In this document: piece by piece, positions 48,349 through 59,841 of the stretch
Numbering within the stretch: the first letter of the stretch is position 1
Layout: each line of letters starts with the position of its first letter
DNA from: Nitrosopumilaceae archaeon
GTDB lineage: Archaea > Thermoproteota > Nitrososphaeria > Nitrososphaerales > Nitrosopumilaceae
Length of the DNA: 64,000 nucleotides
Reading direction: 5' to 3'
Assembly: GCA_965214835.1 (NCBI GenBank)
Contig: CBDCCK010000002.1
Coordinates: 3,008,001-3,072,000, forward strand
Notes under the pieces: generated by a model
What the model saw: the letters and a program-made list of their open reading frames with translations, nothing else
Database searches by the model: none
Told to the model about the DNA's origin: nothing
Translations under genes and position numbers: made by a program

Positions 48349-51306
48349 CTAGGGAACCGTAAAAAAGTCGGTGACGGTCAGGTCGTGATACTGCAGCTGC
48401 GCCACATGCACCCCGGACTGGAACGGCCCGGCCAGCCGCTCGCTGAACATCCCGCCTGCGCTGTCCTTGAGGTGCACGGACTCTACCAGATTCCCCCGCT
48501 GATCAAAGATGTCAACGTACAGATCCTCGCTGAACGCGAGCATCTTCTGAACGGCGCCGGAGAGCAGTAGCGTGTCTCCGTCAAGATGGGCGTCAATCAC
48601 CGCAGAGCGGTGCCTGACGGGCAGATAACGCTCGATGAACCGCTCAAGATCCTCCAGCCTGTCACCTACAAGCAGGTCGTTTCGCTCTGAAAGACCCAGC
48701 CTGATCTGCTGCATGGCATCTATGATTCTCGGATTGTCGTGCTGCGAGCCCCCAAACTCCTTGACAAAGCCCTCCAGCTCCATGAACTCCCTTGCCAGCT
48801 CCACAGAGTCAAGCTCGGCTAGGCGCGGCGTATACTGGACATCATCCACAATGTTGGCTATCTGCGATGCCTGCATGTTCTGATACTGCAACATTACGAC
48901 GTACAGTCCGGGGTCAGTCGGCGCCACCCACTGGGTAAAGAAGTTTCCCTGCCTCGTGTCTGTAAACTCCAGAAAGCTGTGCATGTCTCCGTTCATGTCG
49001 TATATCGTAACGTACAGGTTCTCGCGCCTGTCCATTATCTGCTTTTCTACCGCACCCTGCAGCGTCCAGATGTCTCTCTCAGGGCTGTACGAAATATCGT
49101 ACATTATGCCCGCGCTCCTCAGTGGCAGGTGCTCTGCCAGGTACTGGCCTATGGACTTGATTTTTTGGTCGACGTCTATAAAGTTGCCATACTCGATCAG
49201 ATCATATGCCTCGTCCATCATCTGGTGGTATTGCTCAGAATGTGCGTCAAAGTCAGAGTTGTAAAACGAGGACACCACGCTAGAGTACGCCTCGAGCTGT
49301 TCCCTGAACTTTATCCTCTGGAGCTCGTCTATGGAATAGCCAACATCTGAGCTGTGCGGATCATCAGAGTACGCGCCAGATATGAGCCTCCATTCGGCAA
49401 ACAGCTCGCGGACAAGGTGATCGGCGGCCTCGAGATCGTTTTGCATTACCAGGCCCCTGGCACCGTCCAGCCTGTTTTTGATCGAGTCGGTAAAGTCGGT
49501 AAAGCCCGGCAGGAACTGGTTTTTGCGCAGGCTCAGGTCGGCAAGGTTTTCTATTGATTTGGCACGCTGCAGTATGTCGGCTGCCTTTGTCTCACTGTCG
49601 GACTGGGCGCCCTCTTCCAGATCAGAGCGTATGGAGGGGGCAATCCTGCTTGCCCAGGATAGCAGCAGCTCAGAGCGGTCTATTTTTGAGGAGGCTGCCG
49701 AAGAGCCGGCCTGCTCTGCAGAGTGTATTGCCTGCAGGGCCTGGTTAATCAGTATCAGGTTCTTGTGATCTGCCTGCAGCTCCGCCTTTTGTTTTAGCCG
49801 CTCAAACTCAAGCTTCATGGAGATGGTGGGGTGGCGCGTGTCACGAAGCTCGGAGATGTGCGCATCAAACGTAGAGACCACCAAGAGGATCTCGTCGATT
49901 GTCGTGGCGTCATTTACGTCCCGCATCAGCGACTCCCATTCTGCAACGTTCTCGGCGCCGGTGTCCTGGGCGATTTCCAGGGACTTTGACAGTCGTGAGG
50001 AGATCTCAATTACGTCCTTCATGTCCCGGATATCGTCCCGGGAGTCCAGTATGTCCCCCGTCGAGGAGGCAAACTCCAGCTGGGACGAAAGCGAGTCCCA
50101 TGTCGGCTTTATGATGTTTGCAAGATCAGAGTTTTCTGCCTCATCAGATGAGATAAACCGGTCAACCGTGTCCAGGTTGCGCAAGAGTAGCGCGGCCGCA
50201 TGCAGCTTGTCCACATCGGATTTTGATTCCAAGAGATCGCCAATACTGGTCTTTTCAGGCAGAAGGATGCGCAGCGTGTTCCAGTCGGAGCTTACCAGCC
50301 GGTACAGGGGAGTGTCCTTTCTGGATACGATATCCAGGTAGCGGGACTTTGAGAGCATGTCCACCAGATCGGATATGTCATCTGAGAACAGCGGAGCGGT
50401 TCCGCGTGCCAGGATGAAGGCGATCTCCTCTTTGACCTCACGGTTCATCACGGTGTCGGTTTTTGTCATCAGGTTAAGCAGGGTCTCCTCCAGCTCTGAA
50501 AATGTCAGTTGCCGCGGCTCGGCTTTGACAGGATTGACGTTTTTGAGCTGCTCGAATGCGTCGTTGATGTGCAAGACTGCACGCCCGGTGTCCCCCATCT
50601 CATAGTAAAATATCGCAGAATATACAGAACGGTCTATCTGGTCGGAGATCTTAAAGCCGATCTCCCCGGATTCCAAAAGAGCCTCGTTTGAATCGATTGC
50701 GGTGCTTACAGCCGGGCGAAATATCGGATCCACGCCAAGTATCGCATCCTCGATTAAAAACTGATCCCACAAGTCAACATACAGGGCCTCAAGCTCCGAA
50801 AGGGTCGCCGCAGAGTCAAGCCTTGCCTGGTATCCGGACAGATCCAGGTCGGAGGCGTCGGCCACTGACTGGATTTTCTGGCCAGTCAGCTCCATGGCAC
50901 GGTCATAAAGCAGTGAATCGCTCGGGGTAGCATAAGCCCCAGAGACTGAGAATGTAGATGATTTGGTATGATCGCCATAAAAGAGCCTCAGATCGTAGCT
51001 GCCCTCAATGCCGCAGACGCCTCCAGACAGCGAGATCGGGTCGGTCAGAAACACGCCGTTGGACAGTGTGGTCAGCTGCTGGATATGGCACAGATCGCCA
51101 TTGGGATTTGTGATCTGCAGCACCAAGAATGCATCAGGAAGGACGCTGGCCACGGCTCCAAAGACAAACATACTCTCCCCGCTCTGGTAGGTTCCCAAGT
51201 TGTCCAAGATGGCAATACGTTCCGATGTTTGCGCAAATGCGTTTGCAGGCGTCAGTAGGACGGCGAATAATATCGACACTGTTAGCAGGCGTCTCACGGT
51301 AATCAC
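48349..51306 (-). CDS. large exported hypothetical protein
   Basis: 985-aa ORF with a signal peptide (ANAFAQ), Ig-like end segments and a helical core. Confidence 0.8.
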   Translation of the reverse strand: MITVRRLLTVSILFAVLLTPANAFAQTSERIAILDNLGTYQSGESMFVFGAVASVLPDAFLVLQITNPNGDLCHIQQLTTLSNGVFLTDPISLSGGVCGIEGSYDLRLFYGDHTKSSTFSVSGAYATPSDSLLYDRAMELTGQKIQSVADASDLDLSGYQARLDSAATLSELEALYVDLWDQFLIEDAILGVDPIFRPAVSTAIDSNEALLESGEIGFKISDQIDRSVYSAIFYYEMGDTGRAVLHINDAFEQLKNVNPVKAEPRQLTFSELEETLLNLMTKTDTVMNREVKEEIAFILARGTAPLFSDDISDLVDMLSKSRYLDIVSRKDTPLYRLVSSDWNTLRILLPEKTSIGDLLESKSDVDKLHAAALLLRNLDTVDRFISSDEAENSDLANIIKPTWDSLSSQLEFASSTGDILDSRDDIRDMKDVIEISSRLSKSLEIAQDTGAENVAEWESLMRDVNDATTIDEILLVVSTFDAHISELRDTRHPTISMKLEFERLKQKAELQADHKNLILINQALQAIHSAEQAGSSAASSKIDRSELLLSWASRIAPSIRSDLEEGAQSDSETKAADILQRAKSIENLADLSLRKNQFLPGFTDFTDSIKNRLDGARGLVMQNDLEAADHLVRELFAEWRLISGAYSDDPHSSDVGYSIDELQRIKFREQLEAYSSVVSSFYNSDFDAHSEQYHQMMDEAYDLIEYGNFIDVDQKIKSIGQYLAEHLPLRSAGIMYDISYSPERDIWTLQGAVEKQIMDRRENLYVTIYDMNGDMHSFLEFTDTRQGNFFTQWVAPTDPGLYVVMLQYQNMQASQIANIVDDVQYTPRLAELDSVELAREFMELEGFVKEFGGSQHDNPRIIDAMQQIRLGLSERNDLLVGDRLEDLERFIERYLPVRHRSAVIDAHLDGDTLLLSGAVQKMLAFSEDLYVDIFDQRGNLVESVHLKDSAGGMFSERLAGPFQSGVHVAQLQYHDLTVTDFFTVP

Positions 51307-51349
51307 GATCTAAACCACCTTACTTAAGCTTTAAGCACGACTTGCACGC

Positions 51350-52386
51350 CTATTTCATATGATAATTAGTTCCGCCTAACATTTGTATCCTTCATCCATT
51401 TGGGGTCGCTTTTCCTGATCGCTTTTGTGGCCTCCCGGCTCCGGAACGCCATCCTGGGCGTCTCGGCATGCTTGATGTCAAGCGACCAGTGCGTCCTGCG
51501 CTCGTTGTAGAACTCGATGAACTCGTCTACTTTGTCAAAGTGCGTCAGCTCCTTCTCAAGCGTTCCGAACCACCTCTCCAGCTTGCCGTTGGTCTGCGGA
51601 TGGTACGGACGTGAGTTGAGCAGAGTGATGTTGCGCTCCAACAGCTCGTCCTCAAACAGCGTGGGCATCCAGCTGCCCCCGGGGGGTGCCGCGCCTGGCC
51701 GACGTAAAGCAGCTGCCGTTGTCCGAGAGTATCTGGGCCGGCGTCCCGAACTCCCGGATGGCCCTGCGCAGCACCAAGACTGCGTTCTCCGATGTCGCGT
51801 GCTCAAATACGCCGAATCCGGTTATGCACCGCGAAGAATCGTCAAGATACGCCTGCCAGATTGAGCTTTTGTAGGCGTGGATCCTTCATTTCGTGCCAGT
51901 CTGTGTGCCACATTGTGTTGTAATACATGCGCTCATAGCGCAGCCATTTGAGCTGTCTGGATCTTCCTGGCGAGCTGCCCGTGATTCCCTCGGCCTTCAT
52001 GATCCCGTATACCTAATAGTAGCTTATCTGCCTGCGGCCCTCATGCGCAATGCCAGCCGCTCCGCACCCGACGGCATCTGGGAATATGCGTCAAGGACCG
52101 CCCTGACATCCCCGGGATCCATGCCCATGCCGGGCCTTCCTGCCCCGTTCTGCGGCAGGACCGTGCCGGATCTACGGAACCTGGCCCATATCTTCCCGAC
52201 GTACCTGTCGCTGATGCCCAGCTCCCGGGCTATCTGCCTTGCAGGCACGCCCTTTTTTCTCTGCCTTTCTATGTACCGGAGCGACTTTTTCCCCAATCTT
52301 TTCCTCGCATTTTTTGATCGGTACAGCCTGAAATAATCCTTCAAAGTACGCCTGATCTTAGGCGGAACTAATTTTCGTATGATAGA
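51350..52386 (-). mobile_element. degraded IS481-family element
   Basis: IR AATTAGTTCCGCC at both ends; NSRPYHPQTNGKLER motif; broken frames. Confidence 0.85.
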
Positions 52387-52739
52387 GTACGTGGTCATCT
52401 GCCCCTAGCAATCATGTACGGATCTGCCTGCATCTGTGATCTTCATGCCCAGATAGGAGGACGTGACTTCAATTCTGGCTAGGGGTTATCCTATTGCCCT
52501 CCTTGCTACCGTATAATACGGTACTTTTATATCATATTTGATCGCATGTATGGCATGCAAAATACAGCATTCCTTCAAAGAATGGCCTACGCAAAATCCT
52601 CTGCACGAGAAGTCAGATGCCATGTATGTGGGAGTGTTTGGAGGACGGATTTTCAATCACCGCCAAATCATTGCGAAATGACACTCCAGTGTTTTGCGAC
52701 ATTCGTTACAAGATGCAGTATAAGTGAGGGCAAGCCATC

Positions 52740-53126
52740 ATGAACCCGCAGGACGATTCAAGAAGATTTAGGGAGATTGTGATGGACAACTCCTTTCTGA
52801 TTGCAATAGTCGCGACAGGGGGAGTCATTCTGTCAGCTGGGTTGGATCCGTTTCGCTCAGAGATGCTGCAGGCCTTGGGAGGTGCCTTTATTATCGCCGG
52901 CTCCGTAGGAATATACATGATGCTGGCAACGCGCCGGGTAGTAAGGAGCCTTCACAATCGGTTTGACGCACTCGATGATGCCCTGAAAACCCATACTGAA
53001 ATCCTCAAGGAAATGGCCTCATCCCAGAAGGAAATGGCCTCATCCCAGAATCAAAACCATAGCGAGATGATTGGTGTCATGACAAGGGTGATCTCCTCCT
53101 TGGAAAGGATAGAGAAAAAACTCTGA
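52740..53126 (+). CDS. membrane protein with a coiled-coil tail
   Basis: Two TM segments; duplicated KEMASSQ (21 nt). Confidence 0.65.
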   Translation: MNPQDDSRRFREIVMDNSFLIAIVATGGVILSAGLDPFRSEMLQALGGAFIIAGSVGIYMMLATRRVVRSLHNRFDALDDALKTHTEILKEMASSQKEMASSQNQNHSEMIGVMTRVISSLERIEKKL

Positions 53127-53512
53127 TGTGCTGTAAAACATCCCTACACTGCAAGACAGGAGGCTGAAAACCATGGTATGTAACTATCTTCCCAAGTGTT
53201 TCTTTTTGAACTTCTCTTGTAGTGCAAGACAGGAGGTTGAAAGGAAGTTTGGATTTCGTAATGTGAGCGGGATAACCAGCCGCAGTCATGGTGCAGAACG
53301 TGTAGGAAATCATAGCAACGTAACACAATATCGGCATTACCAACAGCCATAATTAGCATCTGAAACGAGTGTTGACGTAACAGATCGGGCCCTGGAAGTT
53401 CAGGCATGAGTCTTATCACCGAAGATGCATTCGCAGATGTAATTCATGCCTAAAGTCGTAAATCACTTCGAGTCTGAGCTGTTACAAACAAAGAGCAGTT
53501 GGAGACGACGGG

Positions 53513-53962
53513 TCAGCACCCATAGGATTGTGCCCATTCTGATGTCGCAAACTCACTGGCACTGCAAAGATCAGTGGGAAGATAGCCGTTGCCAGAGTCC
53601 AGCAGCGCCTGGTTTAGGTTCTGGCCGTTGCAGTATACGGCACCGACGATTCTTCCATAGCTGCCCTCCTGCTGTCCGTCATCCTCGTCAACCAGGACAG
53701 TCGAGCCGACAGGGCATGCGCCTTTTATGAACAGCGTGGCAGCCTCCCCTCCGTCCTCGTATTTCTCAGGTGCAAAGGACAGGGCAAGGCGAACCGACTG
53801 CCCGTCGACTTTGAGCGTATCGCCATCCACGATCTCAGTGACCTGGCCTGAAAGGCACCTGGCCTCGCCGCTGCACTGAAACGTTCCGGGAATGGTAAAC
53901 GCAAACATCACCCCGATCACGGCAAGCATGATCGGGATGACTGCAAGCTGTTTTGGCTTCAC
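53513..53962 (-). CDS. thermonuclease (SNase-like) family protein
   Basis: VDGDTL, VRLA...APE, SYGR and LN..LL..G motifs; N-terminal TM segment. Confidence 0.85.
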   Translation of the reverse strand: MKPKQLAVIPIMLAVIGVMFAFTIPGTFQCSGEARCLSGQVTEIVDGDTLKVDGQSVRLALSFAPEKYEDGGEAATLFIKGACPVGSTVLVDEDDGQQEGSYGRIVGAVYCNGQNLNQALLDSGNGYLPTDLCSASEFATSEWAQSYGC

Positions 53963-54160
53963 ACAGCATGGTGGCTTTACAAAAACAAAAGAATTTCCAT
54001 CATGGAAAAATCCAAGGACAAGACTGCTTTCAAAGCAGGACATGGCAGGCGGGGAGGGCTGCGGGGCCAGCGGCATACGGCATGGCGGGGGATTTTGCAG
54101 GTCTTGGCGCCGCACATGCCATAGTATGTAATATCACATACAGTTGAAAATCAAACATTT

Positions 54161-54634
54161 GTACGAGGTCACCTGCCCCCATCAGCCAGGCACGAATTAG
54201 CGACCTAGTACGATCTTTTAGCAACAGCTCGGGCTCGAAGTTGTTCCTGATTTCAGGCACGAATCTGCTCAAGGGGGATCCTCGAGGTGGCAAAACTCAC
54301 ACCTGAACTTCCAGAGCACGAGCTGCTACAAAAAAGCAAAGGTCACATGTTGTTTGTACTGGGTAACAGAGTCGAAGTTTTGATCAGGCTTGATCGTGAT
54401 GGCAAAGAATTGTACTTTATGGATTGTAACGATATTGGTACGCTGTAGCTAATTCTCGGAGATTATATGATGTGGCGTATCAAGTAAAAGGAATGATTTG
54501 ATTGAATTTACTCTGATCCGTAAGCAGTGAATCGTCGTTATTGTGCATGGTCACCTGCCCCTGCCAACCAGGCGCGAATTGGCATGTATGACTATGGTTT
54601 TTGTGCCTGCCAATAAGGGGGCGTGATATCGTAC
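54161..54634. mobile_element. cluster of MITE remnants (families E and F)
   Basis: Partial E at 54161-54201, F at 54226-54323, diverged E at 54543-54634. Confidence 0.65.
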
Positions 54635-54728
54635 GATCATTTTTCATCAAAGTATGCCCGCCCTGGGGGTTTCGCATCGGTGATGCCAATGCAGTACATT
54701 GAAATTAGATTCACAGGCACATGCCAGC

Positions 54729-55352
54729 ATGGATTCGGTGCAGAGGCTGTTTGACAGATGGTCAGATGTTGGCAGGGCAGAGTTGATGGAAAAAGAGCAC
54801 GGAAGGCCGGTGAGGGAGTTTTTAAAAAAGGCGGATCTGAAAAAGCCGTTTACGTTTTTGGACATCGGCTGCGGAAACGGATGGGTCGTCAGGATGGTTT
54901 CGGGCCTAGACAGCTGCAAAAAGGCAACAGGAATAGACAAAAGCGAGAAAATGATCAGAAATGCCAGGTCAAAGATCTCCTCAAGAAAAGAGGAGTATTT
55001 TGTTGAGGACATAGATAGGTGGGGGACCAGGAGAAAGTTCGACAGGATATTTTCCATGGAGACCATATACTACACCGAATCGCCGGAGAGTACACTGAGG
55101 AAGATCTTCGGTCTGCTGAATCCAGGTGGGATGTTTTTTTGCGGTACCGACTTTTATGCAGACAACAGGGCAACCGCAGGCTGGTCTGAGAGGATGAGCC
55201 TGAGGATGCACCTGCTCTCAAGAAGGGAGTGGAGGGGACTGTTTGAGGATGCGGGGTTTGAGGCCAAAACAGCACTCATCAAAGACAAGGCAGACCGCAA
55301 AAAATGGAAGCGGGAGTTGGGAACCTTGTTCATCACGGGGACTAGGGACTAA
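54729..55352 (+). CDS. class I SAM-dependent methyltransferase
   Basis: FLDIGCGNG, GID.S..M and LLNPGG motifs. Confidence 0.88.
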   Translation: MDSVQRLFDRWSDVGRAELMEKEHGRPVREFLKKADLKKPFTFLDIGCGNGWVVRMVSGLDSCKKATGIDKSEKMIRNARSKISSRKEEYFVEDIDRWGTRRKFDRIFSMETIYYTESPESTLRKIFGLLNPGGMFFCGTDFYADNRATAGWSERMSLRMHLLSRREWRGLFEDAGFEAKTALIKDKADRKKWKRELGTLFITGTRD

Positions 55353-55416
55353 GTTGTAGGGATATGGTTCCCTCCCATTAAGAGCCGGGGCATGAGGCTA
55401 TGTTCTGGATTGTCGC

Positions 55417-55526
55417 CTTCCACTTGCCCTCACCCCTAATCCGGATTCCTGCGAGCTATCTGTCGACTTGGGCCGTATTGAATTATTCATCTTCCACTTG
55501 CCCTCACCCCTAATCCGGATTCCTGC
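55417..55526. repeat. two exact 36-bp direct repeats separated by 38 bp
   Basis: CTTCCACTTGCCCTCACCCCTAATCCGGATTCCTGC at 55417 and 55491. Confidence 0.85.
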
Positions 55527-56532
55527 CCTGTCAGCTGTGTTCTTACAACTCAAGTCCCGCCCGCAAGAGTCTACCCCACAGGCGATACTGCTGGCCCGAG
55601 CCTTGATCACCATGCCCACCACGCCGCATATTCTGGAGGTGATAGACTCTTACGTCCCGCCCCCCAGATAGCTTCAAATAGATTCGGCGCTGCATGGGTC
55701 ATAGGCGAGCTGGAGCACGACACGCTGCCACGGCAGAGGAAACTCCTCCCTCCATACAGGAAATGTGACCTGGAGATGGGTAACCAGAGATGGTTGGAAA
55801 CAGAACAGAAAACCAATCCCGCTGAAATTACGATGACGGTGAAAAGCCCGAGATGTTCAGCTGCGGAATGAAAAATCTGCCCCACATGGAGCAAGGCCAA
55901 ACAGAACCCCAAGTGCCTGTACTCGGTTCAGGTAGGCTGCAAAGCGAAATATCGTGAAAACAGAAGGAGGGTTACTCCCAGCACGCCTGGAATCTTTTTC
56001 CCTTGGCACGGTGCAGACGGTTTTCCCTCCCTCATGTCACATGCATGCATTCTGTCAGGTCCAGTCCTGCAATCGACGCACCAAAGGTCTTTGATCATCA
56101 AAAAGCGTCCTCATACACAGCTTGCGCCCACATGAGCTCAAGAACTTTTGCTCGTCACCACATGCAGGACTCGTCGGATCCTGCAGGCACCTAAAGAGCA
56201 GAAGCTGCTTTGTGTGGCACTGACTTGGGATTTGTCCTGACGGATTATGCATTCATCCCCTTTTTCTCACTACCGCACCTACAACAGAGACCAGCACTCC
56301 GGCGATAAAGACTCCAATGCCAACTTTACCCAGTACCCCAAATATGGGCAGGCTCTTTCCAACCTGTGGAGTAATCGGAGTGCCCGAGCTGCCAGATCGC
56401 ATGACCACTTCGGGGGGGACGGGTACGATTGTAAGCAAGCCGACAGCCATGCTGGCAACAAAGAGGCCAATTCCCGAGACAGACACGATGAGGCCGGCCC
56501 GCAGCAGATTCAATGCTATGTCATTCTCAAGG

Positions 56533-57909
56533 CTAGAAGGAGCCTGTGTGATCCTTGCAGACAGAAGCGCCGCACCTGCAGTCTGCATCACAAAGACACG
56601 AGCCCTGCATCGCGCAATCGCATTCGCTGCCAATATCGGCAGACGCCGCACAGCCACACGCTGCCTCCTGCTGAGCAGAGTCCAGCTGGGGGCTCTGTGG
56701 CGGGGGCGTGCTCTGTGAGCTCGACGAGTCCTCATAGACGCTGCGTGTCTGCTGATAGTCTGACTCGTCTCTCAGCTGCGCCTCGCCGCGGTTGGTCTTG
56801 TAGCCGCCGGAGCTCTCGCTAGTAGAATATCCTACCAGCCGGGACGGGTCGATGCCGCTTTGTCCCTGGCCCTCCTCCTTTTTCATCTGCCTGTTGCTGT
56901 ACACGAAAAATGCGCCTCCCCCGACTGCTGCCATACCGGCCATCCCGTAGACGATGGCCACGGGAAAGTCGCCGGTCGATGTTTGTGCATATCCCTCCGG
57001 AGGAGTAGGCAGTATGCCAAATATTTCAATGCCGTCAAGACTGTCCAGCTGTGCAAACCCGATTGCGTGGACGTTTGCATTGTCAGCGGACTGGACGGTT
57101 CTTACCGTGTACTCTTGGTCGGCGCTAAAGGTTGCATGGAACTCCCGCTCCACCTGGATCCCCTCCCGGATGCTGCTCTCGCCCATCGTATAGCTGGAAA
57201 CTACAAAGCCTGCAATCTCATCGTCCAGGCCAAACTGGGCGGCGTCTGCGTTGATGCCGGTCGGATCAAACAAAAAATGCCAGTTAGCTAGCGGCTGATC
57301 CCTGATAAAGTCAGCATTGATTAAATTATCATGCAGTAGATCCTCTGCCTCGGAGCCACTGATGAGCGATGCCAGTGCTGGATCTTCTGATTCTATTGCA
57401 GAGAACGGATGGTTGATTTCAATGCCGTCGGCAATTACAGGATCCTGGATGGATATGCCCCTCCAGCCCATGTCAACTAGCGCCGGGTTCCGGCCGTCTG
57501 CTGCACGAATTACATAGCTTCCAATCTCTCCGGTGATCAGGATTTGAAAGTCAACTGCCGCAGAAACCGGGTTTCCCTTGAGGGTCGCAAGATAGTCCAC
57601 GGCAAGGTTCGAAACCTGGGCATGGCTGCCGTCGCCTACAAGGTTTGCGTTGATTTGGTTGGCAATTGTCTGGGCCTCGGCAGGATCTGCAGTTGCGGTG
57701 ACAGTCCAAGAGTCGCCGCGAAGGGAGTCTGCCACCTGTCCGCCGTCGGGATACTCGATGAAGATTGTTTTTTGATACCTGATCTTAAATTCGGATGTGT
57801 CGGTGTTTGGGTTGATTCTTGTCTCCAGTTGCGCGGCCTCGGCGGCAGAGAAGGTGCCAAATACGAGAATCGCCGCCACTAAAACCGAGAATAAAGCTGC
57901 CCCTTGCAC
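56533..57909 (-). CDS. exported, membrane-anchored protein with a Cys-rich cytoplasmic tail
   Basis: Signal peptide, a TM segment near residue 320 and 9 Cys in the last about 40 aa. Confidence 0.8.
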   Translation of the reverse strand: MQGAALFSVLVAAILVFGTFSAAEAAQLETRINPNTDTSEFKIRYQKTIFIEYPDGGQVADSLRGDSWTVTATADPAEAQTIANQINANLVGDGSHAQVSNLAVDYLATLKGNPVSAAVDFQILITGEIGSYVIRAADGRNPALVDMGWRGISIQDPVIADGIEINHPFSAIESEDPALASLISGSEAEDLLHDNLINADFIRDQPLANWHFLFDPTGINADAAQFGLDDEIAGFVVSSYTMGESSIREGIQVEREFHATFSADQEYTVRTVQSADNANVHAIGFAQLDSLDGIEIFGILPTPPEGYAQTSTGDFPVAIVYGMAGMAAVGGGAFFVYSNRQMKKEEGQGQSGIDPSRLVGYSTSESSGGYKTNRGEAQLRDESDYQQTRSVYEDSSSSQSTPPPQSPQLDSAQQEAACGCAASADIGSECDCAMQGSCLCDADCRCGASVCKDHTGSF

Positions 57910-58021
57910 GAGTCAAATCCTTGGTCACTTACATTTAATCTTATCTTAAAAGGCGAATAACGATCAGGCTTTGAAAAGGTAATATTGAGCTACATAGCTT
58001 ACCAGCTCGTTCTAAAAGAAA

Positions 58022-58942
58022 ATGATTACGGTACTATCAGGCGGCACGGGCTCAGTCAAGCTAGTAAGGGGGCTAGTTGCGCAGGACGGCAGCGTCAGCA
58101 TAGTCAGCAACGTAGGAGACAACTACTGGCTGTACGGCATGTACGTGTGTCCGGACGTCGACACGGTCATTTACGGCCTGGCAGACATTTTAGACCATGA
58201 CAAGGGCTGGGGGGTCAAAAAGGACACCTTCAACTTTTTGAGGCAGATGGAGGTCTTCGGGGAGGAGACTTGGTTTAGGATTGGCGACAGGGACGCGGCA
58301 ACCCACCTGATTCGGACCAACATGCTAAAGAACGGAAAAAACCTGAGCGACATTACGAAATGGATGTGTGAAAAGTTTGCAATAAGCGCAAAGATCATCC
58401 CGGTCACAGACAACACCATAGAGACTAGGATCATCACCAACAAGGGGGAGCTGCACCTGCAGGAGTACTGGGTAAAATACAGGGGCATGGACGATGTCGA
58501 GGGGATCCAGTACATTGGGGCAGACAAGGCAAGGCCGAACCCGGAGGCGGTAAACGCGATTCATGACTCGGATCTGGTGATTCTGGCGCCAGGAAACCCG
58601 CTGACCAGCATAGGGCCGATGCTGCAGATCAAGGGAATCAGAAAGGAGCTTTCAAAGATCAAAAAGAAGGTGGTGGCAGTCAGTCCGCTGATAGGAGACA
58701 AGGCGATAAGCGGTCCGGCGGCAAAGTACATGCAGGCTGCCGGAATCGAGTCAAACGCATACGGGCTGGCAAAGATGTACTCTGATGTTTGCTCCAATAT
58801 AATCATAGACTCAAAGGACAGGCTGCTCTCAAAGAAGATCCAAAACTTGGACATGAAGGTATTTGATACAAAGATTACCATGAAGACCAAGCAGGCAGAG
58901 GATGCGCTTGCCTCGTTCATCCTAAAACAAGTCCACGTTTAG
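58022..58942 (+). CDS. cofD: 2-phospho-L-lactate transferase (F420 biosynthesis)
   Basis: LSGGTG..K, NVGD, CPDVDT, WF.IGD.D.ATH, NP.TSIGP and SGPA motifs. Confidence 0.95.
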   Translation: MITVLSGGTGSVKLVRGLVAQDGSVSIVSNVGDNYWLYGMYVCPDVDTVIYGLADILDHDKGWGVKKDTFNFLRQMEVFGEETWFRIGDRDAATHLIRTNMLKNGKNLSDITKWMCEKFAISAKIIPVTDNTIETRIITNKGELHLQEYWVKYRGMDDVEGIQYIGADKARPNPEAVNAIHDSDLVILAPGNPLTSIGPMLQIKGIRKELSKIKKKVVAVSPLIGDKAISGPAAKYMQAAGIESNAYGLAKMYSDVCSNIIIDSKDRLLSKKIQNLDMKVFDTKITMKTKQAEDALASFILKQVHV

Positions 58943-58943
58943 C

Positions 58944-59591
58944 TTGCTCAAAATAGCGGTAATCATACCAGTCAAGACGTTTTCAAGGGCCAAGTCTCGG
59001 CTGGACCTGCCGCAAAAAGTCAGGAGCAGCCTGTGCGAGCTGATGCTAGATGAGCTGCTGCACACGCTGTCCATGTCGCCGCTAATTGAGAGGACAATCA
59101 CAGTCACGGGGGATCCGGCGGCCGGAAGGATTGCAGAAAAATACGGGTCGGTAGTCATCCCAGACAGAGAAGAGTCTGGGGTAAACGAGGCAGTCTCCCT
59201 GGCAGACGACCATGTAAGGGAGAACGGCATAGGGGCGACCATAGTGCTGCCGCAGGACATACCGTTTACAAAAACCCAGGATATCGACTTTTTGCTCAGG
59301 GTTCAGATTCCGCCGAACTTTGTGACGGTTGTGCCCTCGCGCAGGTTTGACGGGACCAATGCTCTGGTCCGAATGCCCCACGACATCATGGGCACGTCAT
59401 ACGACCAGGACAGCTACCGGAGCCATGTCGAGGCTGCAAGGAGGCATACGCGAAACTGGTCTGTCCTGTTTGTAAGGAGGATGATGGTGGACATAGACGA
59501 TGTCGAGGATCTAAGATACGCTCTAGAGCGAAACGAAAAGCCGGAGCTGTGTGAGAGGATCAGGAAGCTGGTAGGCCTGGAGGCGCCATAA
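58944..59591 (+). CDS. cofC: 2-phospho-L-lactate guanylyltransferase
   Basis: IPVK....KSRL, GTNAL and DID..EDL motifs; directly after cofD. Confidence 0.92.
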   Translation: MLKIAVIIPVKTFSRAKSRLDLPQKVRSSLCELMLDELLHTLSMSPLIERTITVTGDPAAGRIAEKYGSVVIPDREESGVNEAVSLADDHVRENGIGATIVLPQDIPFTKTQDIDFLLRVQIPPNFVTVVPSRRFDGTNALVRMPHDIMGTSYDQDSYRSHVEAARRHTRNWSVLFVRRMMVDIDDVEDLRYALERNEKPELCERIRKLVGLEAP

Positions 59592-59592
59592 A

Positions 59593-59841
59593 GTGGCAAG
59601 CGCGCGCAAGACAGGAGCTGGAATTGGCTATGTTTATTCCGTATATGATCAATATCCCGGTGATAGTGGTTCCCCGGTTGGAAAGCTAACTGGAGGGGAT
59701 TTCACTGTACATGGAATGCACGTAGGTCTTGCTGATTCAGGTTTCTACGACCAACCAGCTTGCTCTCAAGGCGGCAAATATTCCAAGTTTATCACGTACG
59801 ACAAAATACAAAGCGTGTTAGGCATGGTAGGAAAGACATGA
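59593..59841 (+). pseudogene. C-terminal fragment of a trypsin-like serine protease
   Basis: GDSGSPV motif followed by GMHVG; no His/Asp-containing N-terminal part. Confidence 0.4.

Noticed and set aside
53148-53242. 22-bp imperfect direct repeat TGCAAGACAGGAGG(C/T)TGAAA
   Set aside because: Two copies in an apparently decayed Cys-containing coding remnant; no further structure
55417-55526. CRISPR-like geometry (36-bp repeat, 38-bp spacer, 36-bp repeat)
   Set aside because: Only two repeats, no GAAA(C/G)-type end and no cas genes; the minus strand reads D.AGIRIRGEGKWK, like an IS5/IS903 transposase motif, so a local duplication in an IS remnant is more likely
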